Of a stretch of DNA of 64,000 nucleotides, positions 18,655 to 30,918 are shown piece by piece. The DNA comes from an uncultured Planctomycetales bacterium. Lineage in GTDB: Bacteria; Planctomycetota; UBA1135. Below the pieces are notes generated by a model. The model saw only the letters and a list, made by a program, of their open reading frames with translations, was not told where the DNA came from and ran no database searches. The position numbers and the translations under genes are program-made. The stretch lies in assembly GCA_964584805.1 (NCBI GenBank), contig CAZPAY010000009.1, forward strand, positions 12,293-76,292, given 5' to 3'. Every line of letters starts with the position of its first letter. Position 1 is the stretch's first letter.

Positions 18655-19700
18655 GCGCGGAATTGCTCGAGGAAACGAAGGTCGCCGCTTAAAAGCCAGC
18701 GGATGTCATCAATGCCGTAGCGCAGCATGACCATGCGAGAAAGCCCAAGCCCAAAGGCATAACCGCTATAAACATCAGGGTCGATGTCGCACGCACGCAA
18801 AACATTGGGGTGGACCATTCCACCAGGCATCAGTTCAATCCATGTGGATTGCTTGCATACGCGGCAGCCGTCTTTACAGAATGGGCATCGGGCATCAAGC
18901 TCAAAGCCGGGCTCAACAAACGGAAAAAAACCTGGTCGCAGACGAGTCTCGACCTTCCGGCCAAAAACGCCCTCAAGCAGCGTATTCATGGCGTGCAACA
19001 AATGATGCACCCCAACACCCTTGTCGACAACGAGGCCTTCCATCTGATGAAAAGTGTGGTCGTGCGTGTTGTCAGGCGTCTCCTGGCGGAAGACACGACC
19101 TGGCGCGACAACCCGCAAGGGCGCGCCATGCTCGCGAAGGGCACGAATCTGGACACAGGAAGTATGCGTACGCATGCAGACACCTTTGCCTTGCCCACGG
19201 CCGTCACCCTCGGGTGTAACCCAAATTGTGTCATGCGACTCGCGCGCCGGATGATCGCTGGGGATATTAAGCGCGTCGAAATTATTATCTTCGAGCTCGA
19301 CCTCAGGGCCATCGGCAATCATGAAGCCCATCGACTGAAAAACATCTTCGAGCTCGCGTGCAATCTGCCCGATGGGGTGCAAACCTCCAGCAGGCGGCTT
19401 GGGCCCTGGCAAAGTGGCATCTAGGCCCTCGCCCGCCAAATCTGAAGCAAGCGCAGTGGCGTTTAAAGCCGCCCGCGCCTTTTCAATCTGGGCGGCAATC
19501 GCCTGTTTTACCTGATTGGCCGCTTGACCTGCTGCGGGACGATCTTCTTTCGGAAGCGTACCTAGGCTCTTAAGCAGATCAGTCAGGGCCCCTTTTCGCC
19601 CAAGAAGACGAACCTCGATTGCTCGAAGTTCGTCTTCAGAATTGGAGTCCTCGACGGCCGTTAAGCCCTCGTGGCGGAGTTCCTCGAGGCGCTCAAGCAT
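18651..19700 (-). CDS. pheS: Phenylalanine--tRNA ligase alpha subunit
   Basis: 349 aa with class II motifs (HPARESHDT, RTHTSCVQIR, GYAFGLGLSRMVMLRYGI). Confidence 0.95.
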   Translation of the reverse strand: MLERLEELRHEGLTAVEDSNSEDELRAIEVRLLGRKGALTDLLKSLGTLPKEDRPAAGQAANQVKQAIAAQIEKARAALNATALASDLAGEGLDATLPGPKPPAGGLHPIGQIARELEDVFQSMGFMIADGPEVELEDNNFDALNIPSDHPARESHDTIWVTPEGDGRGQGKGVCMRTHTSCVQIRALREHGAPLRVVAPGRVFRQETPDNTHDHTFHQMEGLVVDKGVGVHHLLHAMNTLLEGVFGRKVETRLRPGFFPFVEPGFELDARCPFCKDGCRVCKQSTWIELMPGGMVHPNVLRACDIDPDVYSGYAFGLGLSRMVMLRYGIDDIRWLLSGDLRFLEQFRA

Positions 19701-19706
19701 GGCGGA

Positions 19707-20066
19707 TTAAGCGGCCAGGGCCTCTTTTGCCTTTTCGGCAACAGCAGTAAACGCTGCTGGGTCATGGAAAGCCAACTCAGAAAGAGCACGGCGATCAATG
19801 TCGATGTTTGCCTGTTTCATACCGTGGATAAGACGGCTGTAAGATAAATCATTCATGCGGGCAGCGGCGTTAAGACGCTGAATCCAAAGACGACGAAAAG
19901 TACGCTTTTTATTCCGGCGGTCGCGATATGCGAAATTGCCAGCGCGCAACAAGGTCTCTTTGACCGTACGCAATAAGCGACGGCGACCCTGATGAAAACC
20001 CTTGGCGCGACGCATCAAGCGACGGCGGCGACGAAGGCGTGGGACTACATTGCGTGTACGTGACAT
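19707..20066 (-). CDS. rplT: 50S ribosomal protein L20
   Basis: 119 aa, basic, with the L20 pattern (RRAKGF.G....L.R.......A..YAYRDRR.KKR.FR.LWI.R.NAA). Confidence 0.95.
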   Translation of the reverse strand: MSRTRNVVPRLRRRRRLMRRAKGFHQGRRRLLRTVKETLLRAGNFAYRDRRNKKRTFRRLWIQRLNAAARMNDLSYSRLIHGMKQANIDIDRRALSELAFHDPAAFTAVAEKAKEALAA

Positions 20067-20069
20067 CGA

Positions 20070-20264
20070 TTAGGCCCCCATCATCTTGCGAAGGTTTTTA
20101 GCGATGCGACCGACAGCAACTGCCGATTGGCGCAGTTTGCGCCGACGCTTTGCGGATTTGCAAGTCATCCTGCAACCCGTCATCATGTGACGGCGAATGA
20201 CTTTGCCATTTTTGGTGAGTTTCATGCGGCCTGAAACGGCCTTTCTTGTTTTCTGCTTGGGCAC
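20070..20264 (-). CDS. rpmI: 50S ribosomal protein L35
   Basis: 64 aa starting MPKQKTRKAVSGRMKLTKNGKV, with a GTG start. It sits in the infC-rpmI-rplT synteny. Confidence 0.9.
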   Translation of the reverse strand: MPKQKTRKAVSGRMKLTKNGKVIRRHMMTGCRMTCKSAKRRRKLRQSAVAVGRIAKNLRKMMGA

Positions 20265-20366
20265 GGTATTACCTGTGTCTTAGGGCCAAGGGGAGAATGG
20301 TGAACCGCAGATTGTACCGCGGCTCAGTCTAGGGTCAATCCCAGAATGACGAGAATAATCGTAAGT

Positions 20367-21089
20367 TTATTCCTCGTCAGGAGTTTCGGTAGGCGGCTCA
20401 ACCCCGGGCGGCTCAGCCTCAACGGGTGACTCGATTACGGGCAAGCTCAAATCTTCAGGTCGTTCTACAACGGGCAAGGCTACTCCAGGGTCGACATCGA
20501 CCTTAGGCTCAGCTTTCTTTTTGCTCTGGATGAGTTTCATTTGCTGAGCGCTCAACGGACCAATCATCATGGTCATGCGCCGACCGGCCATCCGCGGCTC
20601 ACGCTCAACTTTAGCAATTTCAGACAAAGCCTCAACGACGCGCATCAACACATCACGCCCTCGGTCTTTGTAGGCCATTTCACGGCCGCGGAAGAGACAG
20701 GTAATCTGAACCTTGCTACCAGCGCTGAGAAACTCAGTTGCCTTGCGGATTTTGATATTAAGGTCATTAACATCAATCTTAGGGCGAACACGCACCTCTT
20801 TCATTGCAGCGGTCGTTTTCTTCTCTTTGGTCTTTTTGCGCTTTTTTTCTTCGTATTTGAATTTGCCGTAATCCAAAATACGACAAACGGGCGGATTGGA
20901 TTGTGGCGCGACCTCAACCAAGTCAAGCCCGGCCTCTTGAGCCATTTTCAGAGCCTTGGGGGTTGGCGTTGGGCCAATCTGAGTGCCTTCAGCGTCAATG
21001 AGGAATACTTCGCGGATACGAATCCGGCGGTTGACCCGATACTTTTCTTTTACGGGTGGTGCGTAGCGCTTGCGTCTGCGTGGAGGAAT
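20367..21089 (-). CDS. infC: Translation initiation factor IF-3 (ATT start)
   Basis: The ORF track begins at MAQEAGLDLVEV, which is mid-protein. The in-frame upstream sequence RVNRRIRIREVFLIDAEGTQIG matches the IF-3 N-domain. The frame is closed by the aspS TAG at 21102..21104. The only plausible start is ATT at 21089..21087. Confidence 0.85.
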   Translation of the reverse strand: MPPRRRKRYAPPVKEKYRVNRRIRIREVFLIDAEGTQIGPTPTPKALKMAQEAGLDLVEVAPQSNPPVCRILDYGKFKYEEKKRKKTKEKKTTAAMKEVRVRPKIDVNDLNIKIRKATEFLSAGSKVQITCLFRGREMAYKDRGRDVLMRVVEALSEIAKVEREPRMAGRRMTMMIGPLSAQQMKLIQSKKKAEPKVDVDPGVALPVVERPEDLSLPVIESPVEAEPPGVEPPTETPDEE

Positions 21090-21101
21090 GAGATTTACCT
21101 G

Positions 21102-22907
21102 CTAGTTTGTTTGAGTTTCGTCAGCCTCAGAATCAGCGACTGGCGCGAGGAGCAGTTGAAGCTCTTCGATTTGAGAAAGGTCGACATCAGATGGAGCACC
21201 CGTCAAAGGGCAGCCCCCCACTGAAGTCTTTGGAAATGCGATCACATCGCGAATGGTCTCAGCGTTAAACATTAACGCGTAAAGACGGTCAAGGCCGATG
21301 GCAAAGCCGGCGTGTGGTGGTGGCCCATACTTAAAAGCCTCAAGCAAGAATGCAAAACGGCGCTCGGCCTCTTCTGCATCAAGCCCAATTGCTGTAAAAA
21401 TGTCGCGCTGCAAATCAGCATCATGAATTCGAATCGAGCCTGAGCCCAACTCAACGCCATTGAGCACCAAGTCGTATGCGCGTGAGCGAATGCCTTCGCG
21501 GCCGCCCGATTTAAGCGCCTCGATGTCTTCTTCAACAGGGTAAGTAAACGGATGGTGCGCGGGCGTCCAGTCACCGTCATCGGTCTCTTCGAACAGCGGA
21601 AATTCCGTCACCCAAACCAAGCGGTCAGGGCCTTGCACCAAATCCATCAAATCGCCTGCACGACGACGGACGGCATCAAGGGCAACCATTGCACGCCGCG
21701 GACGGTCGGCAATCGTGACGAGTAAGTCGCCCTCAACCGCAGATGCTGCCGCTAAGAAGCCCTCACCCTCATCGCTCTTTAAGAAACGAGAAAGTGGGCC
21801 GGTCGGGCCGTCTGGGCCAACCTTGCACCAGGCTGCCCCACCGGCGCCAGCGTCTTTTGCCGCGGCCTCGATGGAATCAATCTGCTTGCGAGAAAGCGAT
21901 GCACCACCTGGCACGCGCACACCACGAACCCAACCACCCTTTTCGAGAACACTCTCAAAAATCGAAAAGCCAATCGTCAATGCAGGGGCTGCCAAATCGA
22001 CAACCTCAAGTGGGTTGCGCAAATCAGGTTTGTCGGTCGCAAAACGCGACACCGACTCAGCATATGGAATACGCTCAAAAGGCGTCTGCAAAGCCTCGCC
22101 CTGCATCTCTTGGTAAAGCCCAAACATCACGCGCTCAACGAGTGCGTAGACATCTTCTTCGTCGACGAAGGACATTTCCATATCCAACTGAGTGAACTCA
22201 GGCTGACGGTCGGCGCGCAAATCCTCATCGCGCATACAACGCGCAATTTGGAAATAGCGGTCCATCCCACCCACCATGCTCAACTGCTTAAACAACTGAG
22301 GCGACTGCGGCAAGGCATACCAACTATTGTGCTGCCGACGATTCGGCACCAAGTAATCGCGGGCGCCTTCAGGAGTCGACTTGGTCAACATCGGTGTCTC
22401 AACCTCAACAAACTGCTCAGCCATCAGCGTGCAGCGCAAAGAATGGTTCGCCCTAGAGCGCAACATCAATCGCTCAGCCACCGGCGCACGCCGCATGTCG
22501 AGATAGCGATACTTCATCCGCATCTCTTCCGGCACATCGAGATCATCGACAATCTCAAAGGGCAAACGCGCGGCTTTCGTCACCACGGTGACCTTTTCAG
22601 GCACGATCTCAATATCGCCAGAGTCGCGGCCTTGGGTACGAAACGCCTCGTCTCGCAGTCGCACCACACCCTCAACCTGCAAAACATATTCAGGGTGTAA
22701 GCGAGTCAGCGCCTGCCGAATTTCTTCGGTCGCACTCTCATCAGCCGTCAATTGGATGTCGCCATAGCGGTCACGCAGGTCGACAAAAGAAACCCCACCG
22801 TGGTCACGGCGATTGGAAACCCAACCGCATAGTGTTACATGCTCTCCTGCGTGCTCAGCACGCAGTTCGCCACAGGCATGGGTCCGCCAGGAGGCGGACA
22901 AACTCAT
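21102..22907 (-). CDS. aspS: Aspartate--tRNA ligase
   Basis: 601 aa bacterial-type AspRS with an N-terminal OB fold, class II motifs (FQIARCMRDEDLRADRQPEFTQLD, GLDRL) and an insertion domain. Confidence 0.95.
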   Translation of the reverse strand: MSLSASWRTHACGELRAEHAGEHVTLCGWVSNRRDHGGVSFVDLRDRYGDIQLTADESATEEIRQALTRLHPEYVLQVEGVVRLRDEAFRTQGRDSGDIEIVPEKVTVVTKAARLPFEIVDDLDVPEEMRMKYRYLDMRRAPVAERLMLRSRANHSLRCTLMAEQFVEVETPMLTKSTPEGARDYLVPNRRQHNSWYALPQSPQLFKQLSMVGGMDRYFQIARCMRDEDLRADRQPEFTQLDMEMSFVDEEDVYALVERVMFGLYQEMQGEALQTPFERIPYAESVSRFATDKPDLRNPLEVVDLAAPALTIGFSIFESVLEKGGWVRGVRVPGGASLSRKQIDSIEAAAKDAGAGGAAWCKVGPDGPTGPLSRFLKSDEGEGFLAAASAVEGDLLVTIADRPRRAMVALDAVRRRAGDLMDLVQGPDRLVWVTEFPLFEETDDGDWTPAHHPFTYPVEEDIEALKSGGREGIRSRAYDLVLNGVELGSGSIRIHDADLQRDIFTAIGLDAEEAERRFAFLLEAFKYGPPPHAGFAIGLDRLYALMFNAETIRDVIAFPKTSVGGCPLTGAPSDVDLSQIEELQLLLAPVADSEADETQTN

Positions 22908-23311
22908 TTCGAAGTAGTATTCATACGCATCAAGGAGCGACGCAAAGCCGCTTCGGCCCGCGTTGCATCAAGATCAGATTTGCGAGCACTCAGGCGCTCA
23001 CGGGCACGCTCGGAAGCCGCGCGTGCTCTATCCATATCAATCTCGCCAGGCTTTTCAGCAGAACGAGTCAAAATGGTCAGGACATTATCCCGCACCTCGG
23101 CAAAACCGTCGTGCACCAGATACGAAACCTCTTCGCCAGTAGTCATGCGGCCGACAATCAGCCCAGACTCGGTCAAAGAAAGCATCGTAGCGTGCCGCGG
23201 CAAAACACCGAAAGAGCCATCTTCGCCAGGGAAACGCACGCCATTTACTTCAGCCTCAAGGACCGTAGCAGAAGGCGTCACAATGCGCAGCGTAAGAGTG
23301 GAAGCAGTCAC
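22904..23311 (-). CDS. atpC: F1 ATP synthase epsilon subunit
   Basis: 135 aa, last gene of the atp string. Its TGA overlaps the aspS ATG (ATGA). Confidence 0.9.
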   Translation of the reverse strand: MTASTLTLRIVTPSATVLEAEVNGVRFPGEDGSFGVLPRHATMLSLTESGLIVGRMTTGEEVSYLVHDGFAEVRDNVLTILTRSAEKPGEIDMDRARAASERARERLSARKSDLDATRAEAALRRSLMRMNTTSK

Positions 23312-23323
23312 AGTTAACTCAGG

Positions 23324-25652
<2,329 letters not shown>

Positions 25653-25664
25653 AGCTCTAGGTTG

Positions 25665-27236
25665 TTAAGCGTTGAAGGTTTTGAGGAAAGTCTCGCAGGC
25701 GGCGGTGACTTCTTGAGCCATCTCGTCGGTCCACTTGACGCCCCAGTCATTGAGGGTTGCCATGAGCTCTGAGTGACTGTCACCCATGTACTCGACAAAA
25801 CCAGTCTCGAACTCGGTGACTTTGTCGAGCTCGACATCGTCAATCAAGCCAGCCGTACCCGCGAAGATTGCCACAATCTGTGCAGCGTTACTCATCGGGA
25901 CATACTGACCTTGCTTAAGGAGCTCGACCAAGCGAGCGCCGCGGCTAAGAGATTGTTGAGTCGCTTCATCAAGGTCGGAACCAAACTGAGCGAAAGCCTC
26001 AAGTTCACGGAACTGAGCCAAGTTGATGCGCAAGCCACCAGCCACTTTCTTCATGGCAGGAGTTTGAGCCGCACCACCCACACGCGATACCGAGATACCC
26101 ACGTTTACAGCAGGACGGATGCCAGAGTAGAACAAGTTAGCCTCAAGGAAAATCTGACCGTCAGTAATCGAAATTACGTTAGTCGGGATGTACGCTGAAA
26201 CGTCACCCTCTTGAGTCTCGACTACAGGAAGCGCAGTCAAAGAACCGCCACCTTTCTGGAAGCGAGGGTTTAGATCTGGAGCGTTAACGGACAACTTGGC
26301 CGAACGCTCGAGGAGGCGTGAGTGCAGATTAAAGATGTCGCCTGGGTAGGCCTCACGCCCTGGAGGGCGGCGCAACAACAACATCACCTGGCGATAGGCG
26401 TAAGCCTGCTTGGTAAGGTCATCGTAGGCAATCAGCACGTGGCGGCCCGCATCGCGGAAACGCTCAGCCATGGCCGTCGCCGAATAAGGTGACAAGAACT
26501 GCATCGACGCCTCGTGGTCAGCCGAAGCATTCACGATGATGGTGTAAGCCATTGCGCCAGCAGCCTCAAGCTTGAGGTGAACATCAACCACAGTCGACTG
26601 CTTTTGACCAATTGCGTTATAGACGCAAATGACTTGGTCGGGGTTACTGATATCGCCCCCACCAGTTGCCTTTTGGTTAATGATAGCGTCAACGATCAGA
26701 GCCGTCTTACCCGTCTGGCGGTCGCCAATAATCAACTCGCGCTGACCACGGCCAACAGGAATCATGGCGTCAAGTGACTTGATGCCGGTCATCATGGGCT
26801 CCGTGACAGGCTCGCGCTCAATCACCGAAGGAGCAGGTTGCTCAATGGGGCGAAGGTCGTCGTCGGTGGTGTCGATTGCGCCTTTGCCGTCGAGCGGGTT
26901 GCCAAGTGCATCGACCACGCGGCCGACCATCGCATCGCCAGTAGGCACAGAAATAATGCGGCCAGTGCTCTTCACGGTATCGCCTTCTTTTACAGAAGAC
27001 GCGTCGCCGAGAAGTACGCAGCCAACATTGTCTTCCTCGAGGTTGAGGGCCATGCCCATCACGCCATCGGGGAATTCAACGAGCTCAGACATCATGCACT
27101 CATCAAGGCCATACACGCGGGCGACACCGTCACCAACTTGCAGAACCTGACCGACTTTCTCGGTCGAGGCAGAGGACTCAAAGCCTTCGATTTCCTTTTT
27201 AAGGACTGAAGTAACTTCAGAGGGTTGCAGTTCCAT
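25665..27236 (-). CDS. atpA: F1 ATP synthase alpha subunit
   Basis: Walker A GDRQTGKT. The start is trimmed to ATG 27236 ([16 protein letters not shown] aligns with E. coli MQLNSTEISELIKQRI). Confidence 0.92.
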   Translation of the reverse strand: MELQPSEVTSVLKKEIEGFESSASTEKVGQVLQVGDGVARVYGLDECMMSELVEFPDGVMGMALNLEEDNVGCVLLGDASSVKEGDTVKSTGRIISVPTGDAMVGRVVDALGNPLDGKGAIDTTDDDLRPIEQPAPSVIEREPVTEPMMTGIKSLDAMIPVGRGQRELIIGDRQTGKTALIVDAIINQKATGGGDISNPDQVICVYNAIGQKQSTVVDVHLKLEAAGAMAYTIIVNASADHEASMQFLSPYSATAMAERFRDAGRHVLIAYDDLTKQAYAYRQVMLLLRRPPGREAYPGDIFNLHSRLLERSAKLSVNAPDLNPRFQKGGGSLTALPVVETQEGDVSAYIPTNVISITDGQIFLEANLFYSGIRPAVNVGISVSRVGGAAQTPAMKKVAGGLRINLAQFRELEAFAQFGSDLDEATQQSLSRGARLVELLKQGQYVPMSNAAQIVAIFAGTAGLIDDVELDKVTEFETGFVEYMGDSHSELMATLNDWGVKWTDEMAQEVTAACETFLKTFNA

Positions 27237-27256
27237 TTTTATGAATTTGTTATGGC

Positions 27257-27817
27257 TCAACCAGCGTTGAGCTCGACTTCCTGGAGACGCTTGCGTGCGG
27301 CATCAAGCCGAGCGCGAGCTGTGCCGTCGTAACGCGTGCCGGCAAGCGTGACGCGGACCCCACCGAGCAGAGAAGCATCTTGGCGAGTCTCAAGAGAGAC
27401 TTGCTTGCCTGTTGACGCAGAAAAGGAAGCCTCAAGAGCTTCTTTTGCACCCTCATCAAGAGGGAGTGCGGTTTCAAGCAGACCGCGCAAGCGGCCGAGA
27501 TGCTCATCGTGCAAGACGACGAAAGCGGCAGGGATTTGCGTGAGGACCGACAAACGATTGCGGCGCTCAAGCATGTTAAGTAGGTTGACGAAATGCCGAC
27601 CGGAATCTTTCATTGCTGCAAGCAGAGTCTCGCGCTTGCGAGCCTCACCGGCGCGTGGATCGAGCAGCCAAGCCGAAACTTGGTCATCTGCAACCACCGA
27701 TGCCAAAACATCGATATCTGCTGACGCCTGCTCAAGCTCACTCGCGTCATACGCAGCTTGAAAGAATGCCCGCGCATAGCGACGAGCAACAGCGGTGGTC
27801 AGGACGACGTCACCCAT
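27257..27817 (-). CDS. atpH: F1 ATP synthase delta (OSCP) subunit
   Basis: 186 aa with ARRYARAFF at the N-terminus. Its position between atpF and atpA fits. Confidence 0.85.
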   Translation of the reverse strand: MGDVVLTTAVARRYARAFFQAAYDASELEQASADIDVLASVVADDQVSAWLLDPRAGEARKRETLLAAMKDSGRHFVNLLNMLERRNRLSVLTQIPAAFVVLHDEHLGRLRGLLETALPLDEGAKEALEASFSASTGKQVSLETRQDASLLGGVRVTLAGTRYDGTARARLDAARKRLQEVELNAG

Positions 27818-27819
27818 GA

Positions 27820-28368
27820 TTAGGCACCAACCTCTTTCGAGAAGTCAGAAACCAAACGTTTTTGGTCTTCACCTGAAAACTCGCGAGTCATAACTTTCTC
27901 GGCAACTTCAATGCCAAGAGCCACAGCCTCACGACGAAGGGTTTCGCGCGCAGCCGTCAGGGTGCGATCGAGCTCTTCTTGGGCGCGTGCGCGCTCTCGC
28001 TCGGCTTCGGCCCGAGCTTCATTGCGCAGTTTTTCGCCTAACTCGGCGGCCTTAGCTTTTTCGGCTTTAACCATCTCGCGTGACTCGCGCATGGCATCTT
28101 CTGAATCGGCCTTTGCCGCTTGCATCAGACGCTCCGTGTCCTCACGGGCTGTTTCAGCAGCGCGTGCGGCATCGCGAGCCGCATTTTCGCGGTCTTCGAG
28201 TGCTTTAGTGATAGGACCGAAAACAACTTTCCACATGAGAGGAAGACTGACGAGAAAGATAAGAATTGTCCAGATGGTGGCCGATTGCCCAACATTGAAG
28301 AAATCCAAACCCCCTTCAGCCTCTTCACTTGGAAGGGCGAGTGCGGCTAAGTAAAGGAGTGGCATCAT
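27820..28368 (-). CDS. atpF: Fo ATP synthase b subunit
   Basis: 182 aa with one N-terminal TM helix followed by a long charged coiled coil. Confidence 0.85.
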   Translation of the reverse strand: MMPLLYLAALALPSEEAEGGLDFFNVGQSATIWTILIFLVSLPLMWKVVFGPITKALEDRENAARDAARAAETAREDTERLMQAAKADSEDAMRESREMVKAEKAKAAELGEKLRNEARAEAERERARAQEELDRTLTAARETLRREAVALGIEVAEKVMTREFSGEDQKRLVSDFSKEVGA

Positions 28369-28406
28369 GTGCGTCTCCGGTTATTTGAGGTTTGCGAGTC
28401 GGGTGT

Positions 28407-28431
28407 CGGCTCATCCACAAGGAATGAGCCG
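28407..28431 (-). other. Intercistronic hairpin between atpE and atpF
   Basis: cggctcat / atgagccg forms an 8-bp stem with a 9-nt loop. Confidence 0.4.
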
Positions 28432-28458
28432 GTCGCCCCGCGAGAGCAACTCAGACCA

Positions 28459-28710
28459 CTAAAGAGTGGCGAGAAGAGCAACAACAACTGCAAACAGTGT
28501 CGCGCCCTCAATGAGTGCGGAAAGGATCAGAGCGTTGCCTTTGATGTCACCGGCGGCTTCTGGTTGACGAGCGATAGCTTCGTTGCCAGCAGCACCGATT
28601 TTGCCAATGCCCATGCCAGCACCAATGATGGCGAGGCCAGCACCGACGGCGGCAGGAATGAGTGGAGCAGAGGCAGCGGCCTCAACGACAGGTTGTACGA
28701 TTTCGAGCAT
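28459..28710 (-). CDS. atpE: Fo ATP synthase c subunit
   Basis: 83 aa from ATG 28710. It has a glycine zipper GAGLAIIGAGMGIG, the loop ARQPE, and the carboxylate in LIEGATLF. Confidence 0.9.
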   Translation of the reverse strand: MLEIVQPVVEAAASAPLIPAAVGAGLAIIGAGMGIGKIGAAGNEAIARQPEAAGDIKGNALILSALIEGATLFAVVVALLATL

Positions 28711-28744
28711 CTTTCGAGTCTCAGATTTTGCGGGGTTGGGATCG

Positions 28745-29578
28745 TTAGTGATCCGGATGCAGGCTTGCGCCCACGAAGATGATGGACAGCAGGGTAAAGA
28801 TATACGCCTGCAAAAGGGCAACGAAGCCCTCAATGATCATGATGAAGACAGACATGCCAACCGAAGCTGGCGCGACTACCCAACCGGTGCCGGGCGAGCC
28901 GTAACCGAAGAAAAACATCAGGCCCATGAATGAAAGGAGCACAAGGTGCCCCCCTACCATGTTGGCCGTCAAACGAACCATCAAAGCGAAAGGCTTAACA
29001 CATAAGCCAATCAACTCGACAATAAACATCAACGGAATCAACCAGGCCGGAAGGCCATGGGGCAGCAGATTGACCCAGAACTTAATCGGGCCCTGCACGA
29101 TCATGCCGCCGAGCAGCATGACAAGAAAGGTCATCCCTGCCATCGCGGCGGGAACATAGACCGAAGCGGTGGCCGTCGCGCCGAACGGGACGAGACCAAA
29201 CATGTTCATAAAAAGAACAAAGAAAAAGAAGGACAAAAACAGTGGGGCTAATGCGCGCGCATGTTTCCGCTCGTGGATATTTGGCGCAACCATGTCTTCG
29301 ACAATGTAGTCAACGAAGCCCGCTGCGATTTTCGCGCGCTTGCCACCGGTACCATTGCGGACGGCGCGAGCCACGCCGGCAAAGCAAACGAAAATCAAGA
29401 ATACCGAAAGAGCCTGAAAAATCTGGATATTCCAGATAGGCAGACCAAAGAGCTCCATACCTGTTGCGTGAGGAATCACATGGGCAAACAGGGCGTCGAA
29501 AGGCTTAGCCGGATCCACAGCGTGGCCGCCGCCACCAGAGGTGGAAGCTGCTGCGAGGAGTGTCGGGAGAATGCTCAC
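28745..29578 (-). CDS. atpB: Fo ATP synthase a subunit
   Basis: Essential Arg context MVRLTANMVGGH. The ORF-track start 29794 overlaps atpI. I chose the GTG at 29578 (VSILPTLLAAAS), so the start is uncertain. Confidence 0.75.
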   Translation of the reverse strand: MSILPTLLAAASTSGGGGHAVDPAKPFDALFAHVIPHATGMELFGLPIWNIQIFQALSVFLIFVCFAGVARAVRNGTGGKRAKIAAGFVDYIVEDMVAPNIHERKHARALAPLFLSFFFFVLFMNMFGLVPFGATATASVYVPAAMAGMTFLVMLLGGMIVQGPIKFWVNLLPHGLPAWLIPLMFIVELIGLCVKPFALMVRLTANMVGGHLVLLSFMGLMFFFGYGSPGTGWVVAPASVGMSVFIMIIEGFVALLQAYIFTLLSIIFVGASLHPDH

Positions 29579-29598
29579 GAGAAAGTGAAGGTATGGGT

Positions 29599-29964
29599 TC
29601 AGTCTCGCGAAGAGCGAGAAGAAGTTTGACGCCAGAGAGCCGCCAAAGAGAGGGTTTCCCCCACGGTCATTGCCGCAAGGAAAGAGAACAGGAAAGCGGG
29701 GACATGGTAATTGCCAGTTTTTGCGCCAAAAACCGATGCCACAACTAAAACCCCTATTTTGGCCAGAAAACCACCCACGAGTACAGACAACCAAGCCTGC
29801 TGAGGTGCATCGGGCGCAAAAGCTCGCAAACGCCGGTAGTGCGTCAAGAGCTCAAGGGCCATGGCCGAAACCCACCCTGCTGACAAACCCGACCACCACA
29901 ACTCAGGCCAGAGAGGCCGTGTGAGCAAAGGAAGGAAGGTAAGTGCAAGGAGAAGGAGTTTCAT
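29599..29964 (-). CDS. atpI: ATP synthase protein I-like membrane protein
   Basis: 121 aa with four hydrophobic helices, located directly upstream of atpB. Confidence 0.55.
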   Translation of the reverse strand: MKLLLLALTFLPLLTRPLWPELWWSGLSAGWVSAMALELLTHYRRLRAFAPDAPQQAWLSVLVGGFLAKIGVLVVASVFGAKTGNYHVPAFLFSFLAAMTVGETLSLAALWRQTSSRSSRD

Positions 29965-30230
29965 GAATCGGTGTCAGAATCGCTTGGGGGCGAATCGAAC
30001 TGGAGCTTAAGTCGGTAAATACCGAGCGCCATTCCGAGGGTAACTCCGGCTACGAGGAAGACAGGGAAAGTGGTCAAAAGACCGAGCCAAAGGTCAATTT
30101 TGTAGCCAAGATAGCCAAAAAAGCCCATCGTGGCGGCAAATTGAACCCCGATACCCGAGTAGCGGACATAGTCAGCTGAAGGGCTCGAAAGCGTTTTCCG
30201 GGAAGAGTCGTCCTGTTGGGGGGAAGCCAT
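29961..30230 (-). CDS. AtpZ/AtpR-like small membrane protein (first gene of the atp string)
   Basis: 89 aa with two TM helices (YSGIGVQFAATMGFFGYLGYKID...FPVFLVAGVTLGMALGIY). It overlaps atpI by 4 nt. Confidence 0.55.
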   Translation of the reverse strand: MASPQQDDSSRKTLSSPSADYVRYSGIGVQFAATMGFFGYLGYKIDLWLGLLTTFPVFLVAGVTLGMALGIYRLKLQFDSPPSDSDTDS

Positions 30231-30402
30231 TTCCTATCGAATGAGGGAAAGAACGACACCACGGCCAGCACAAAGTAGAGCAGCAGTGGAATCGGGCGGA
30301 CATTCTAAACACTTTTCGCCTCTATTCAACCGTAACTCTGGCGATACCTTTCCCAAACCCGTATCCTTTCCATCTTCCCCAACCCCTACACCCCAAAAAA
30401 CC

Positions 30403-30855
30403 GTGGAAACAACACTCATTCTCTTCAAGCCAGACGCCCTGCATCGCGGGCTCGTCGGTCAAATCCTTGCTCGTTTCGAGAACAAGGGCCTCCAGATGGT
30501 CGGCATGCGCCTGATGCGCATGAGCCAAGAAACTGCCGCCCAGCATTATGCTGAGCATGTTGGCAAGCCTTTCTATGAAGGTCTCGTGGGTTTCATGACG
30601 GGCTCCCCCATCATTGCCATGGCTCTGCGCGGCCCTGATGCCGTCGGGGTTGCTCGGCGCATGATGGGCAAGACTTTTGGCATTGAAGCCGAAGCTGGCA
30701 CGGTGCGAGGTGACTTTGGCTGCTCGAAGTCGTACAACTTGCTTCACGGCTCTGATTCACCAGAAAGCGCTACTCGCGAGCTTGGCATTTTCTTCCCGGA
30801 CGGCCTCGAAGATTGGCAGCCCATCTCAACCCCTTGGGTTTGGGATAACGAGTAA
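30403..30855 (+). CDS. ndk: Nucleoside diphosphate kinase
   Basis: GTG at 30403 gives (M)ETTLILFKPDA. The active-site His lies in NLLHGSDS. The ORF-track start 30241 adds an implausible 54-aa extension. Confidence 0.9.
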   Translation: METTLILFKPDALHRGLVGQILARFENKGLQMVGMRLMRMSQETAAQHYAEHVGKPFYEGLVGFMTGSPIIAMALRGPDAVGVARRMMGKTFGIEAEAGTVRGDFGCSKSYNLLHGSDSPESATRELGIFFPDGLEDWQPISTPWVWDNE

Positions 30856-30879
30856 CCGACCAAGTCTCAACGACTTCAT

Positions 30880-30915
30880 GGGGGAAGCGCAGCCGCGCTT
30901 CCCCCATAATCTTTT
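30880..30915 (+). terminator. Rho-independent terminator after ndk
   Basis: Perfect 11-bp GC-rich stem gggggaagcgc / gcgcttccccc with the loop agcc, followed by ataatctttt. Confidence 0.6.
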
Positions 30916-30918
30916 AAG

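Noticed and set aside
20265-20366. 102-nt infC-rpmI spacer as an L20-responsive leader
   Set aside because: I found one 7-bp hairpin (gagccgc/gcggttc, with a G-U pair) but could not identify the 23S-mimic or pseudoknot features needed to support it. A covariance-model search would be required.
20541-21224. 227-aa + strand ORF
   Set aside because: It is antisense to infC and the aspS 3' end and has low-complexity, protein-unlike composition. Long antisense ORFs are expected in G+C-rich coding DNA. The same reasoning applies to 23867..24688, 27911..28354, 22110..22700 and 54182..54823.
28745-29794. 349-aa version of the ATP synthase a subunit
   Set aside because: The first 70 or so residues overlap the atpI gene in another frame and are not a-subunit-like. 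I chose an internal GTG (29578). The exact start remains uncertain.
30241-30402. 54-aa extension on ndk
   Set aside because: Ndk homology begins at the GTG at 30403, and the extension covers the atp/ndk divergent promoter region.
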